A DNA stretch of 64,000 bases, from NCBI GenBank assembly GCA_031376505.1, contig JANMDX010000328.1, positions 1,044 through 65,043 on the forward strand, in the 5' to 3' direction. Shown here in pieces: positions 34,121-46,824 of this stretch. The notes under the pieces were generated by a model. The model was not told the origin of the DNA and searched no databases. It saw only the letters and a program-made list of their open reading frames with translations. The position numbers and the translations under genes are program-made. The DNA is from Acidobacteriota bacterium (GTDB lineage Bacteria > Acidobacteriota > Vicinamibacteria > Vicinamibacterales > UBA2999). Position 1 is the stretch's first letter; every line of letters begins with the position of its first letter.

Positions 34121-36106
34121 CTAGTCGATCGTGCGCTGCGCCGCGCGCGCCAGGATGACACCAAGCACCAGGAAGAGGCCGCCACCAAAGAGCTGTCCCA
34201 TCGCGTCGTCGCCGTGCAGGAACGGCAGCGCGTCGCCGATGCCGGTGAATGGTCCGATCGACTCGGTGCCGACGAGCACGGCGTAGAGGATGCCTGCCAG
34301 CGACCCACCGGCGATCAGCCCCGAACTGAACAGCGTGCCCGAGCTGATGTCGGAGTCGCTCGTCACCCCGGTCTTGCGTTCGACGAACCACCGCACCAGT
34401 CCGCCCACGAAGATGGGCGCCGTTGTGGCGATGGGCAGGTACGAACCGACGGCGAACGAGAGCGACTGAATCCCGCACAGTTCCAGCGTGACGGAGATGA
34501 ACATCCCGACCAGCACCAGGCCCCAGGGCAGGTTCTGCGAGAGCAGGCCCTGAATCAGTGTCGCCATGAGCGTGGCCTGCGGCGCGGGCACGGCGGCCGA
34601 GCCGATGGTGAAGACCTTGTGCAAGTACAGCACGGTCCAGCCGATCACGAACGACGACGTGATGACCCCAATCGCGAGTCCGACCTGCTGATACACGGGG
34701 GTCGCGCCCACGAGGTAGCCGGTCTTGAGGTCCTGGGACGTGTTCCCGGCGTTGGCCGCGTTGATGCACACGATCGCGCCGACCGAGAGCGCGATCGGCG
34801 CATACATGTCACCGGTCCAGCCGAGCGCCACGAAAATCAGGCAGGTGATGATGAGCGTGGCGATCGTCATTCCCGAGATCGGGTTCGACGACGAGCCAAT
34901 GAGCCCCGTGATGCGCGACGACACCGTGGCGAAGAAGAAGCCGAAGACCACGATGAGCACGGCAACGAAGAAATTCCCTTGCGTGGGCAGGCCGGGGGCC
35001 ACGGCCAGGAAGATGGCTAGCAGGAGCGACCCCACGATGACCACCGTCATGGGGATGTCGCGTTCGGTGCGCAGCGGCACCCCGCCGGCGCCGCTGCCGA
35101 TGCCCCTGAGACCGTCGCGCGCCGACGAGATGATGGTGGGGATGGTCCGCGCCAGCGTGATCAGACCCGCGGCCAGCACGGCGCCAGCGCCAATGTAGCG
35201 GATGTAGGCGCTCCAGATCTGGCCCGGCGACATCTCGGAGATCAGGAACGGATGCCCGGTGGCGGGATTGTTGGCCATTGACGGATGGATCGGCGGAAAC
35301 GGCGTGGGGATCGCGGCGCCGAGGATCGACAGCAGCGGCAGCAGGACGAGCCACGACAGCACGCCGCCCGCGAACATCGTACCGGCGATGCGCGGACCGA
35401 TGACGTAGCCAACGCCCATGTACTCGGGCGAGATGTCCACGTTGATGGTGGCATTGGGGAACTGGCTCGTGCGCGCGAACGAGTGACCGACTTCCTGACG
35501 GAAGAGGTTCAGCGTCCATGACAGAGACTTCCACGCCGCGCCAATGCCGAGGCCGGAGAACACGAGGCTGGCGAGCTTACCGCCGCGCTCGCCGGCCACG
35601 AGCACCTCTGCGCACGCCGTGCCTTCGGGGTAGGGCAGCACGCCGTGTTCCTTCACGATGAGCGCGCGGCGCAGGGGTACCATCATCAGCACGCCCAGGA
35701 TGCCGCCGGCAAAGGCGAGCATCGTGATCTTGGCGTAGTTGAAATAGCCGGGGTCGTTCGGTACCAGGAAGATCAGCGCGGGAATCGTGAACACGACGCC
35801 TCCGGCCACCGATTCCCCGGCCGACCCAATCGTCTGGACGATGTTGTTCTCGAGGATGGTCGACCCCCCGAACCGCTTCAACACCGAGATGGCGAGCACG
35901 GCGATGGGAATCGACGCCGACACGGTGAGTCCCGCGCGGAGACCGAGATAGACCGTCGACGCTCCGAAAATCAGACCGAAGAGCACGCCCAGAAAAATGG
36001 CCTTCCCGGTGAACTCCGCCATCGACTGGCCGTCGGCCACGTACGGAGTGAAGGCTTTGGGGGCGCCCGGCGCCGCAGGGTGATTCGGAGGGTTCGCATG
36101 AGCCAT
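34121..36106 (-). CDS. OPT-family oligopeptide transporter
   Basis: Trimmed to ATG 36106 (MAHANPPNHP...). Motifs: EFTGKAIFLGVLFGLIFGASTVYLGLRAG, NIVQTIGSAGES and QDLKTGYLVGATP. Confidence 0.9.
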   Translation of the reverse strand: MAHANPPNHPAAPGAPKAFTPYVADGQSMAEFTGKAIFLGVLFGLIFGASTVYLGLRAGLTVSASIPIAVLAISVLKRFGGSTILENNIVQTIGSAGESVAGGVVFTIPALIFLVPNDPGYFNYAKITMLAFAGGILGVLMMVPLRRALIVKEHGVLPYPEGTACAEVLVAGERGGKLASLVFSGLGIGAAWKSLSWTLNLFRQEVGHSFARTSQFPNATINVDISPEYMGVGYVIGPRIAGTMFAGGVLSWLVLLPLLSILGAAIPTPFPPIHPSMANNPATGHPFLISEMSPGQIWSAYIRYIGAGAVLAAGLITLARTIPTIISSARDGLRGIGSGAGGVPLRTERDIPMTVVIVGSLLLAIFLAVAPGLPTQGNFFVAVLIVVFGFFFATVSSRITGLIGSSSNPISGMTIATLIITCLIFVALGWTGDMYAPIALSVGAIVCINAANAGNTSQDLKTGYLVGATPVYQQVGLAIGVITSSFVIGWTVLYLHKVFTIGSAAVPAPQATLMATLIQGLLSQNLPWGLVLVGMFISVTLELCGIQSLSFAVGSYLPIATTAPIFVGGLVRWFVERKTGVTSDSDISSGTLFSSGLIAGGSLAGILYAVLVGTESIGPFTGIGDALPFLHGDDAMGQLFGGGLFLVLGVILARAAQRTID

Positions 36107-36191
36107 GGCGGGGATGGTAGCGCAGGTCGGCCCCGCCTTCGCGCCAAACGCTTTACCCGCGCCAGTCCTTTGGCCTATTCTGAGGAGGCTT

Positions 36192-36857
36192 GTGAACTTA
36201 CAGAACAAGCGGAAGGCCGCCAGTGAGCAAGTGTCGGAGCTGACCACGGGCCGCCTCTCCGTGTATCTCAGATGCCTGAATCAACTCGAGGCCGACGGCG
36301 TCGAGACGATCGCGTCGCAGGCGCTGGCGGAACGCTTCCATCTGAATGCCGCGCAGATCCGCAAAGACCTGGCGTACTTCGGAGAGTTCGGCGTGCGCGG
36401 CGTGGGGTACTACGTCTTGGATCTGAAGCTCCACCTGCGCCAGATCCTCGGTCTCGACCGCCACCTGCGAGTTGCGGTGCTCGGCGCCGGCAACCTGGGG
36501 ATGGCGCTGGCCGACTATCCTGGTTTTCGTCGCGAGGGTTTCGAGATCGTGGCGATGTTCGACAGCGCCGACGCCAAGATCGGGGACGAGTCGCGCAGCG
36601 GTGTGCCCATCCACGACATCCGTGACCTGAAGAAGGTGCTGCGCCGCGAGCGCGTCGACATCGTCGTGCTGGCGGTGCCGGCGGAATCGGCCCAGTACGT
36701 GCTCGACCAGGTGGCGGGGAGCGGCGTAAAGGCCGTGCTCAACTTCTCACCGGGTACCTTGAAGGTGCCGGAGGGGATCAAGCTGAAGGGCGTGGATCTG
36801 ACCGTCTCCCTCGAGAGCCTGTCGTTCTTCCTGGCTCAGGGCGAGAGCGTACCCTGA
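36192..36857 (+). CDS. rex: redox-sensing transcriptional repressor Rex
   Basis: RLSVYLRCL winged helix, [18 protein letters not shown], and Rossmann motif [16 protein letters not shown] 36192 follows AGGAGG with short spacing; GTG 36231 is an alternative start. Confidence 0.85.
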   Translation: MNLQNKRKAASEQVSELTTGRLSVYLRCLNQLEADGVETIASQALAERFHLNAAQIRKDLAYFGEFGVRGVGYYVLDLKLHLRQILGLDRHLRVAVLGAGNLGMALADYPGFRREGFEIVAMFDSADAKIGDESRSGVPIHDIRDLKKVLRRERVDIVVLAVPAESAQYVLDQVAGSGVKAVLNFSPGTLKVPEGIKLKGVDLTVSLESLSFFLAQGESVP

Positions 36858-36885
36858 TGCCTACGCTCCCACGCGAGGAGGGCGC

Positions 36886-37401
36886 ATGCCCAGACCGCCA
36901 CGCTTGACGCATATCGACGCCGCCGGCCGCATCACGATGGTGGAGGTCGGTGCTAAGCCCATCACGATGCGCGAGGCCGTGGCTTCGGGGCACGTCTCGA
37001 TGTCGCCCGCCGCCCGGCGCGCCATCCTCGCCGGGAAGATCAAAAAAGGCGACCCGCTGCAGGCGGCCCGTCTTGCCGGCATCATGGCGGCCAAGCGCAC
37101 GGCCGACCTGATTCCGCTGTGCCATCCGCTGCTGTTGACGGGCATCGACGTTGCGCTTTCTCACACCGCCACCGGCGTCGCCATTACCGCGCGTGTCCGC
37201 ACGGCCGGCCAGACTGGCGTGGAAATGGAAGCGCTCACGGCCGTGGCCGGTGCGGCCCTGACCGTCTACGACATGGTGAAAGCGGTGGACAAGGGCATGG
37301 TGATCGAGCGCGTGCAACTCGACGAGAAGATGGGCGGCCGATCGGGCCACTACCGGCGCCCGGTCGCGGCCGCGCGCCGACGGGCGTCCGTCAAGCGGTG
37401 A
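36886..37401 (+). CDS. moaC: cyclic pyranopterin monophosphate synthase MoaC
   Basis: [49 protein letters not shown] and GVEMEALTA. Confidence 0.95.
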   Translation: MPRPPRLTHIDAAGRITMVEVGAKPITMREAVASGHVSMSPAARRAILAGKIKKGDPLQAARLAGIMAAKRTADLIPLCHPLLLTGIDVALSHTATGVAITARVRTAGQTGVEMEALTAVAGAALTVYDMVKAVDKGMVIERVQLDEKMGGRSGHYRRPVAAARRRASVKR

Positions 37402-38381
37402 CGATTCTCGTCTCGATTCAGCAGGACGTCGCGGCCTGGCAGATTCCTCCTGCGCAGGTCGAGCGACTGCGTCGGTTGTGTCCGCAGCACGAGTTCATCT
37501 ATGCGACCACGGCCGCCGAACGTGCCGCCGCGCTCGCGCGCTGCGACGTCGCCTATACCTGGGTCCTGTCTGCCGACGAATTGGCCGCGGCGCCCCGTCT
37601 GCGGTGGCTGCACTCCTCGGCGGTCGCGGTCGGCTACCTGTGCCTCGACGCCCTGGCCGCCCGTCATGTGCTCGTGACGAACACCCGCGGCGTGCAGGGT
37701 GCACCGATTGCCGAACACGTCTTTGCGACGCTGCTGGCCCTGACGCACCGCCTGCCGTTGGCGCTGCGGCGCCAGCAGGCACGCGTGTGGGCGCAAAACG
37801 AGTTTGCCGGCGCGAACCTGCCGCTGCCGCTGGCAGGCTTGTGCCTGGGCGTGATCGGCCTGGGCTCAATTGGCGGGGAAGTGGCGCGGCTCGGCGTGGC
37901 GTTCGGCATGCGGGTCATCGGCGTGCGCCGTCATGTCGATCGTGGCGGCCCCGCCGGCGTCGATGCGGTGTGGGCGCCCGACCGCCTCGATGACCTCGCC
38001 GCAGTCGCGGACGTCCTCGTCATCGCCGCGCCGCTCACGAGCGAGACCGAGGCGCTCATCGACGCGAGCCGCCTCGGTCGCATGAAGCCGGGCGCATGGC
38101 TGGTGAACGTGGCACGCGGTTCGCTCGTCGATACCGCTGCACTCGTGGCCGCTCTGCAATCGGGCGCGCTCTCGGGCGCCGCGCTCGATGTGTTCGCCCA
38201 CGAGCCGTTACCTGACGATTCGCCGCTCTGGGACGCCCCCAATCTGCTCATCACGCCGCACACCTCCGGCTTCCGGCACGGCCACTGGGATGACTGCGTG
38301 GACGTCTTCATCGACAACCTTGGCCGGTGGGAGCGCAGCGAGGGGCTACGGTGGCAGGTTGACGCCGCCCGTGGCTACTGA
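37398..38381 (+). CDS. D-isomer-specific 2-hydroxyacid dehydrogenase family protein
   Basis: GTGA overlap with moaC. Motifs: [13 protein letters not shown] (NAD binding), [11 protein letters not shown] and [12 protein letters not shown]...LITPHTSG. Confidence 0.9.
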   Translation: MTILVSIQQDVAAWQIPPAQVERLRRLCPQHEFIYATTAAERAAALARCDVAYTWVLSADELAAAPRLRWLHSSAVAVGYLCLDALAARHVLVTNTRGVQGAPIAEHVFATLLALTHRLPLALRRQQARVWAQNEFAGANLPLPLAGLCLGVIGLGSIGGEVARLGVAFGMRVIGVRRHVDRGGPAGVDAVWAPDRLDDLAAVADVLVIAAPLTSETEALIDASRLGRMKPGAWLVNVARGSLVDTAALVAALQSGALSGAALDVFAHEPLPDDSPLWDAPNLLITPHTSGFRHGHWDDCVDVFIDNLGRWERSEGLRWQVDAARGY

Positions 38382-39446
38382 CGGCGCGTCTGCGCGTCCA
38401 CTGCGCTACTCGCCGCAACTCGACGGGTTGCGAGCCGTGTCCGTGGTTGCGGTGGCGTACTCGCACTGGCTGCCCGCATGGCAATTCGGCCTGCCATTGG
38501 GAGCCGGCGTGCACCTGTTCTTCGTCTTGAGCGGCTTTCTCATCACGCGAATTCTGCTGGCGCTGCGCGACCTGCCCCGGCGTGGACAGGCCGTTGGACG
38601 CTTCTACGTGCGCCGTGCCTTGCGTCTGTTTCCCGCGTTCTACCTGGTGCTGGGCCTGGCCTGGCTGGCCGACGTGCCGCTCGTGCGCGAGACGTGGGCG
38701 TGGCACGCAGCCTACCTGTCGAACGTGCGCATCGCCAGTGACGCACGATGGATGGGCCACGTGAGTCACTTCTGGTCGCTGGCCGTGGAAGAGCAGTTCT
38801 ACCTGCTGTGGCCATGGCTCATCGTGTGGAGTCCGCGCGCCTGGCTTGGCCCCATCTTGGCGATGGCCGTCCTGTCGGGCCCGGCTTCGCGTTACATCGC
38901 GGCCACGGTCGGACTCGCCGAGCCGTTCTGGGCCCTGGTGCCAGCGGGCAGCGCCGACTCTCTGGGGGTCGGGGCGCTGGTGGCCTGGGCCGGGTGGCGG
39001 CGCGCGGCGGCTCCGCTTGGAACCGGCGCTCGCTGGCCCGTACGAGGTCTGCTCGTCGTCGCGGCGCTCGCCTGGGTGGCCTTGGCGATGAGCGAAGCGC
39101 GCGCGGTTCCGCTGGTGCCCGCGTGGACGGTGTGGCGCCAACTGCTGCAGGGCGTTGTCTTCGCGTGGGTGGTGTGGCGCGCCGTCGCGGGTTTTGCCGG
39201 ACCGTTCGGACGCCTGCTCGCGCACCCCTGGACGGTGGCGGTCGGACGCATCAGCTACGGCGTGTATCTCATTCACGCGTTTGCGCCGATCGTGCTCGAA
39301 TGGCTGCTACGCGCCGCCGGGCTTGACGCGAGGCTGCCCACGCATCCGGTCACGCGCGCCGTGACGGCCATGGCCACGACCCTGCTGCTGGCGACGGCGA
39401 TGCGGCGAATCGTAGAGGCGCCGTTCCAGCGGATGAAGGCGTGGCT

Positions 39447-39450
<4 letters not shown>
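38371..39450 (+). CDS. acyltransferase family 3 integral membrane protein
   Basis: LDGLRAVSVVAV, HLFFVLSGFLIT and HFWSLAVEEQFYLLWP. Start is uncertain (GTG 38371 or TTG 38359). Confidence 0.8.
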
Positions 39451-40875
<1,425 letters not shown>

Positions 40876-40892
<17 letters not shown>

Positions 40893-42300
40893 TCGACTCG
40901 AAGCTTCGGCGTGCCGCGGCCCACGCGCTGGCATCGAGCGAACCAGTCGGCTGCAGGCAATCCGCCAGCGCATAGGCCATGGCCATCGTGTGGTGCGTGT
41001 TGTCGTGAACGAACAGGCCCTGGCGCCCGAAGGTGACCAAGCCCTCGATCGCGCTCGCCCACTGGTCCAGTGCGTCGAACGCCTGCCGGTAGCCCTCGGT
41101 GTACATCGGATAGGCGTTGGGCAACCGTTCGACCCGCACCGCGGCAACGGGCGGGAGCGGTCCCAATCCAGCGCGCGTGATGTCGGCCCGGAAGAGCTCG
41201 AGCAGCTGAGCATCGGTCATCGACCACTCCTCGCCCTGGAACGCGCACGGGAGCTCGGCACAGAGCACAGTGCGCCCGGGTCGCGCCACCAGGCCATACC
41301 GCTTCGGCTCCGACATGCGGCTGATGCGGATGTCCGCCTCGGGGAAGTAGTGGGCGTCGAACTCCGTGAAGTGTTCGGCATCGAGCGTCACGTAGATGAG
41401 CACCATCGCGCGGTAGCCAAGACGCGCGGCCGCTTCAACTGGCGCGGCCGTGTGGGTGCCGCTGACGAGGCGCGCGAGCACGGGCAGCGGAATCGTAGAG
41501 AGCACCTGGCGGGCCGGCAGCTCACGCGGCTCGCCGCCGACGGTCGCCCTCACGCCGGTGGCGCGACTGCCGTCGGTGGTCACCTCGTGTACGGTCGCGT
41601 TCAGCACAACGCGGGCGCCGGCCTGCTCGGCCGCGGCGGCGAAGACGTCGGAGATCTGACCGAACCCGCGTTTCGGATAGAAGAAGCGCCCAGCCCCTGG
41701 GCGTTTCAGGCCCGGTACCATGCCGAGCACCCGACGCACCATCTTGCCAAGCGACGAATTGGCCACCCGGCGGCGGGCCTGCTCGGCGTCGAGCGCCTCG
41801 GGCGGAAGTCCCCAGATCTTCTGGGCGTACGGGAAATAGAACTCCCGGCAGATCGTCTTGCCCAGGCCGCGCTCCAGCAGCGACGCGAAGGTCGGGGGAG
41901 TGACCTCGGGCGTGAAGGGCTTGGTGGCGGCGTCGGCGAGTACGCCGAGCGCGAAGGTCGGGGGCAGACGCAGCGCCAGGTCGACCGGTTTGAGTGGGAA
42001 GTGGACCCAGCGTCCCTGCAGCCGGATGCGACCGTGACGAGGGCGGTCGAGCAAGTCATCGCCGAGCAGTTGCCGGATGTCGGCCAGGAGGGGCGGCGCA
42101 CAGCTGGGGTGCAGACGATGGCTGCCGAAATCCACGGGAATCCCATCGACGACGAAGCTGGCGGCGTTGCCGCCGACACGCGATCCACGCTCGAGCACGG
42201 TGACGTCGCGCCAACCGCGACGCGCGAGTTGATACGCCGCGGCGAGCCCGGCCGGGCCGCCGCCGAGGATCACGATGGGATGAATGACGGTGTCGGTCAT
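40876..42300 (-). CDS. FAD-dependent oxidoreductase, paralogue of 27275..28750
   Basis: Trimmed to ATG 42300 (MTDTVIHPIVILGGGPAGLAAAY...LERGSRVGGNAAS...DFGSHRLH). Collinear motifs with the other flavoprotein. Confidence 0.85.
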
Positions 42301-43229
42301 GAACGGGGTGCCGAGGTGGAAGCCACCGGAACCGAGGCCGGGCCGAGAGCCGCGCCCACCGCGAGTCCAAGCAGCCCGCTCACGATGAGCACGCCTTGCC
42401 AGAGGAGGCCCGACGCAAAGACGACGGGACTCGGCGCGCCGTAGGGCGCCAGCAACGACACCAACGCCGCTTCGCGCACGCCGATGCCGCCCAGACTGAT
42501 CGGAAGCACGGCCACGAGTTTCGAGAGCGGCCAGGCGATGAACCATGGGGCGATACCCACGTCGAGCCCGAGGGCCCCTGCCATCCAGACATTGGTGAGG
42601 ACAAACGCCGACTGCACGAGCGCCGTCACGCAGCAGGCGGTGACGATCGCGCCCGCACGCGTGCGTACCTCGGCCACGAGGTCGCCGGCCATGCCGGCTC
42701 CGCGCCCCCCGCGACGCCGCTTCACGACCACGAACGCCGCCACGCCGCCCAGCGCGGCCACCGCCGCAGTCACGACGGTCCACCGGATGCCAATCGCGGA
42801 CGTGTCCAGAGCGGGAGGCATCCCGGCCACGAGCACGCCGGCTGCCACGAGTACCAGCAGCGTCAGCGTGTCAATGAGGCGGTCGATGACACTGGCGACG
42901 GTGGCCGCTGTCGGGCTCACACCGTGAGGGAGCAGATACGTCGCGCGCACGACGTCGCCGCCGGCCACGCCAGGCAGACCGAGATTCGCCACCAATCCGG
43001 CGAAGTGCGCGCGCAGGCAGAGCGGCACCGACGCGCGCGGATCGTGCAGCAGACGCTGGTACTTCCAGGCGTTGAGCGCATGTCCGGCGAGGAATACCAC
43101 CAGGCTGGCTAGCCATACCGAAGGCCGCACCTGCGAAAACGCGTCGCGCAAGCCTTCGGTCGAGGCCACGGTGACGAGTACGACGACCACCGCGACCGAG
43201 ACGACCGCCCGAAGCATCCACTGCAGCAT
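42297..43229 (-). CDS. UPF0104 / lysylphosphatidylglycerol-synthase-TM-region family membrane protein (flippase-like)
   Basis: Trimmed to ATG 43229. Polytopic; motifs LRAHFAGLVANLGLPGVAGGDVVRA and VLPISLGGIGVREA. ATGA overlap with the downstream gene. Confidence 0.75.
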   Translation of the reverse strand: MLQWMLRAVVSVAVVVVLVTVASTEGLRDAFSQVRPSVWLASLVVFLAGHALNAWKYQRLLHDPRASVPLCLRAHFAGLVANLGLPGVAGGDVVRATYLLPHGVSPTAATVASVIDRLIDTLTLLVLVAAGVLVAGMPPALDTSAIGIRWTVVTAAVAALGGVAAFVVVKRRRGGRGAGMAGDLVAEVRTRAGAIVTACCVTALVQSAFVLTNVWMAGALGLDVGIAPWFIAWPLSKLVAVLPISLGGIGVREAALVSLLAPYGAPSPVVFASGLLWQGVLIVSGLLGLAVGAALGPASVPVASTSAPRS

Positions 43230-43237
43230 TGCGGTCG

Positions 43238-44197
43238 TCAGGCCTGCGGGCCGCGGCTGACCTGCAGCCGCGCAATCATGTCGGCCAGCAGGCCGACTGA
43301 CCACACCACGATGGCCGACAGGAACGCCATCACCGCGGTCTCCGACAGGTTCATCAGGTAGATGTCCTCGATGAGCTTGCCGACACCGATCAGGAACAGG
43401 ATGGCCCCCGCCGGGAGGAACACCTTGAGCGGATTGAAGAGCACGATGGCGCGGACCACGAGCAGCACGAAGTTACCGAAGTCCTGCGGGCGGATCTTTG
43501 ACGTGCCCGTGCGCACGGCGTACTCGATGGGCTCGTACGCCACCGGATAGCCGTTGGCCAGCATGGCCATGGTGATGGTGCTCGTGAACGAGAACCCCAT
43601 CGGCAGGAGCGGCAGGAAGTGCAGCACGACCGCGCGGCGCATGATGCGTTGGCCGGAGTTCAGGTCGGGGATGTGCTGGCCGACCAGATAGCTGGCCAGC
43701 CGGTTGAGGAACCACTTGGCCGGACGCCGGGCCCAGGTAATGCCACTCGAGGTGATTGGACGGGAGCCGACGGCCATGTCGTAGCGGTCCATCCTGGCCC
43801 AGAGGCGCGGGATGGCCTCTGGCGGATACGTGCAGTCGGCGTCGATGATCAGGATGTTGTGGGCCGACGTGCCGAGGATGCCGGTCTTGAGCGCCGCGCC
43901 GTAGCCCTTGTTGTGCGGATGGTTGATGACGCGGGCGCCGGCGGCGCGCGCTTCGTCGGCGGTCCGATCGGACGAGCCGTCGTCGACGACCACGAGTTCT
44001 GACCGGCAGGCCATGCTCGACAGCACCGCCTGCACCTTCTCGACCGTGGTGCGGATGCCGCCCTCTTCGTTGAACGCGGGGATGATCACCGCGAGATCGC
44101 GAGGAACCGACGGAGCGGCCGCCGCGTGCTCGCGTGGGCTGAGCGCGAGGCCATCAGAAGGGCCGGGGGTGTCGCTGACCGCGTCGAGTGTGCCCAT
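43238..44197 (-). CDS. polyprenyl-phosphate glycosyltransferase (GT2; DPM1/ArnC/GtrB-like)
   Basis: AVIIPAFNEE, VVVDDGSSDRT, NKGYGAALKTG and IIDADCTYP, plus two C-terminal TM helices. ATG 44197 was chosen; 44230 is possible. Confidence 0.9.
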   Translation of the reverse strand: MGTLDAVSDTPGPSDGLALSPREHAAAAPSVPRDLAVIIPAFNEEGGIRTTVEKVQAVLSSMACRSELVVVDDGSSDRTADEARAAGARVINHPHNKGYGAALKTGILGTSAHNILIIDADCTYPPEAIPRLWARMDRYDMAVGSRPITSSGITWARRPAKWFLNRLASYLVGQHIPDLNSGQRIMRRAVVLHFLPLLPMGFSFTSTITMAMLANGYPVAYEPIEYAVRTGTSKIRPQDFGNFVLLVVRAIVLFNPLKVFLPAGAILFLIGVGKLIEDIYLMNLSETAVMAFLSAIVVWSVGLLADMIARLQVSRGPQA

Positions 44198-44445
44198 TGT
44201 CGTGTGAACGCTGAGGGAGAATCGTACCACACGGCTCTGTGCAACCGTGGGCTATAGGAGGGCGGCTGGCTGCCGACACCGCGCAATCTGCGCAGTGCTG
44301 GGACGTGCCACGACGGCGTCGCGCCGCGATCGGCGATTGCGTCCGACCTGCGCGTACCCCAGACGCCGTTCGGGTCGTCGCGCGAAGGCACGCGGCGTGG
44401 TGTTGACTCCAGACGACACGGGTTGTCGGAGGGCGCCCGGCGCCG

Positions 44446-44461
44446 TGGTACCTGAACTGCA
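44446..44461 (+). promoter_or_regulatory. possible sigma-54 (-24/-12) promoter upstream of the cupin gene
   Basis: TGGTAC-N5-CTGCA against consensus TGGCAC-N5-TTGCA, with the GG and GC elements at the correct spacing. It ends 39 nt before ATG 44500. Confidence 0.3.
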
Positions 44462-44499
44462 CATTGGTGGTACCGTTCCCGGGTAAGGGGGGCGTGCCC

Positions 44500-44961
44500 A
44501 TGGATCGTCGACAGGTATTGCAGGCAGGACTGACCGCACTGGCTGGCGCAGTGGCAGGGGCGGAGCAGGTGGTTGCAGACGTGAGGCAGGCCGGCGTGGC
44601 AGCGCGCCCCGGCTCGACCTCGAAGCCACTCGGCGCGCATCCACTCGGCGCGGCGTTCGCGGGCTGGGAGGGCACGATGCTCGAGGTCACCTATCCGCCC
44701 GGCGCGGAGTCGGCAGCGCATCAGCACCCTGGACCCACGTTCGGCTACGTCGTGCGCGGGAAAATCCGATGGGCGATCGACGGCGGACCGGCGCAGGTGT
44801 TGGAGGCAGGGCAGTCGTTCTTCGAGCCGATGGGCTCGGTGCACAGCACCTCAGCCAACGCGAGCGCGACGGAGCCCGCTACGATTTCGGTCGTGATTCT
44901 CGCGAAGCCCGGTGAGGCGTTGTCAAAACCCGCGGCGAAGCCCGGGGGCGCCGCAGGCTGA
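44500..44961 (+). CDS. Tat-signal cupin-domain protein
   Basis: ATG 44500 follows AAGGGGGG. MDRRQVLQAGLTALAGAVAG is twin-arginine-like. Cupin motifs HQHPGPTFGYVVRG and GSVHS. Confidence 0.8.
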   Translation: MDRRQVLQAGLTALAGAVAGAEQVVADVRQAGVAARPGSTSKPLGAHPLGAAFAGWEGTMLEVTYPPGAESAAHQHPGPTFGYVVRGKIRWAIDGGPAQVLEAGQSFFEPMGSVHSTSANASATEPATISVVILAKPGEALSKPAAKPGGAAG

Positions 44962-44967
44962 ACGAGC

Positions 44968-45004
44968 GCGGCGGGAGGCGGACATGCGTCCGCCAGCCCG
45001 CCGC
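44968..45004. terminator. GC-rich bipartite hairpin between convergent genes (candidate bidirectional terminator)
   Basis: GCGGCGGG-A-GGCGGAC-ATGC-GTCCGCC-AG-CCCGCCGC gives 15 paired positions. No U-tract is present. Confidence 0.5.
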
Positions 45005-45011
45005 TGGGGAC

Positions 45012-45683
45012 CTACTCGGGCGGGGGCACGCCGAACGTCAGACCGCCGCACGCGGTGGTCTCGTCCACCGCCGGCAGCACGACGGTCGACGGATTCGGCG
45101 AGTGCAACTGGACGTTCCCGCCGGGACGCGCGGTGCCCAGTTTGAGCAGCGGTACGTCGTACGGCACGGCCGTGCCCCCGAGCTTCAACGCGAATTGATC
45201 GAGGCCGCCGGGCTCGCCGTTGTCGATCAGGCGCGCGCGGAAGTAGATGAACTCCGGGTCCGCGGGGTTGTTGGTCTGCGCGATGCCGCAGACGTCACGC
45301 ACCGGCGAGGTCGGGCCGTTGGGCGCCAGGTAAGCTGTGACCTCCACGCTGTTCACGTGGTAGCCGTTGGCGTGGTCCACGAAGTTGAGATGACCCCAGA
45401 AGTCGCCGTTCTTGCATCCGCCGTGCACGCCGAAGTTGGCCTTCTTGCCGGTGGTGGGGTTGACCACGAAGCCACCGCTGGTCGCGAAGTCGCACGGGTC
45501 GGGTACGCCCTGGGCCAGGACGGTCGCGGGGCCGGCGACCGGCATCGCCAGGGGCGAGAACACCAGGGCCACCGCCGCAGCGAGCCCGAGGTTGCGCACG
45601 CACGCCTTCCACACCTTCGAGCTGCCGTTCACCTTCGCATCCAACTGTCTCACCATCGCTGCCTCCGAAACTGTGGGCCGCAT
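45012..45683 (-). CDS. secreted hypothetical protein
   Basis: Signal-like LGLAAAVALVFSPLAMPVAGPATVLAQG. The mature part contains FGVHGGCKNGDFWGHLNFVDH and LIDNGEPGGLDQF. Family not recognised. ATG 45656 is an alternative start. Confidence 0.65.
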   Translation of the reverse strand: MRPTVSEAAMVRQLDAKVNGSSKVWKACVRNLGLAAAVALVFSPLAMPVAGPATVLAQGVPDPCDFATSGGFVVNPTTGKKANFGVHGGCKNGDFWGHLNFVDHANGYHVNSVEVTAYLAPNGPTSPVRDVCGIAQTNNPADPEFIYFRARLIDNGEPGGLDQFALKLGGTAVPYDVPLLKLGTARPGGNVQLHSPNPSTVVLPAVDETTACGGLTFGVPPPE

Positions 45684-45926
45684 GCGGATATCGCCGGTCC
45701 CGCCGCCTCATGAAGCAAGTTCAGTGCCGTGACCCATCCCGGGCACGCGCGTGCAGCGCCGTTTATGGCCGCGATCAGGAGTGTCTGCGGCCGGCGAATT
45801 GTTGGCGGGGGCGGGCCGAGGCCGCGGTGCCTCGGGAGCGGTCGCGCGCCGATCCGACGGAGCGTGGAGACGACATCGCGGGGTTGCGACGCCGTCGATC
45901 GGAAGGCGGGAGGTTCCGAGGCGGTG

Positions 45927-46652
45927 TCAGAAGACGCGCGCTTGCGGCACCGGCCACCAGCGGATTTGGACCTTGCCGATGATGTACTTCTTCGGAACCA
46001 TGCCCCAGTGGCGGCTGTCGGAACTGTTGTTCCGATGGTCGCCCATCACGAAGTAGTAGCCCTCGGGAATCACCTGGGGCCCCCAGTCGTCGTGGCTGCG
46101 GTACTCTTCCGCGACGTAATCGTCGGGCAGTGGCACGTCGTTGACATACACCCGGCCGTCCACGATGCGGACCTGGTCGCCTTCTTCGGCGATGACGCGC
46201 TTGACGAATGACTTGTCCGGGTTGAGCGGGTAGTAAAGCATCACGATGTCGCTGCGCCGGGGCGACGACAGGCGATAGACGAGTTTGTTTACGATCAGGC
46301 GGTCTTGGTCGTCGAGCGTCGGCGCCATGCTGAGGCCCTCGACCCGCGCCACCTGGAATCCGAACGTCACGATCAGCGTGGCGTAGACGGCGGCTGACGC
46401 CAGCGTCTTCACCCAGGCCCAGAACTCGTCGTGCCAGGCTTGCAGGCGCTCGGAGGTCGTCGGCTTGGCGGGGGTCGCAGAGAACGCGTAGCTGCCGGGT
46501 GATGGCGATGCGTGGCCCGCGTCGAACCCCGTAAGGGGAACCGCCGCAGCGCTCGTGCCTATGGGTGCCGGAGTCGCCTCTGGGGTACGCGGCGGGTCGA
46601 GCGGCACGGCCGTGGCGGCCACGTCATCGTGCGGTTGTTCGAGCTGATCCAC
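45927..46652 (-). CDS. lepB: signal peptidase I
   Basis: VEGLSMAPTL (catalytic Ser), KRVIAEEGD (catalytic Lys) and GDHRNNSSDSRHWG. GTG 46652 lies 8 nt after AGGAG; the track start at 46730 is possible. Confidence 0.9.
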   Translation of the reverse strand: MDQLEQPHDDVAATAVPLDPPRTPEATPAPIGTSAAAVPLTGFDAGHASPSPGSYAFSATPAKPTTSERLQAWHDEFWAWVKTLASAAVYATLIVTFGFQVARVEGLSMAPTLDDQDRLIVNKLVYRLSSPRRSDIVMLYYPLNPDKSFVKRVIAEEGDQVRIVDGRVYVNDVPLPDDYVAEEYRSHDDWGPQVIPEGYYFVMGDHRNNSSDSRHWGMVPKKYIIGKVQIRWWPVPQARVF

Positions 46653-46824
46653 GGTCCAGTCTCCTCGATCCCGAATACGGTCAGCGTGCCGGATGGGTTC
46701 CCCGGCGGGGCGCTTCCCATGGTAGCGCATCCGTCCCGGCCTGCTGGGGCATCTCTCGAAACTGCACGCCCGATGCTACAATCAGCGAGTTCGGGACGTG
46801 GACCTGTCCCGGCAGGGGAGCGGC

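Noticed and set aside
36188-36212. Possible Rex operator overlapping the rex start (TTGTGAA-CTTA-CAGAACA).
   Set aside because: Only the left half-site matches the TTGTGAA-N4-TTCACAA consensus. The right half matches at about 2 of 7 positions. The weaker GCTTGT...ACAAGC inverted repeat has non-canonical spacing.
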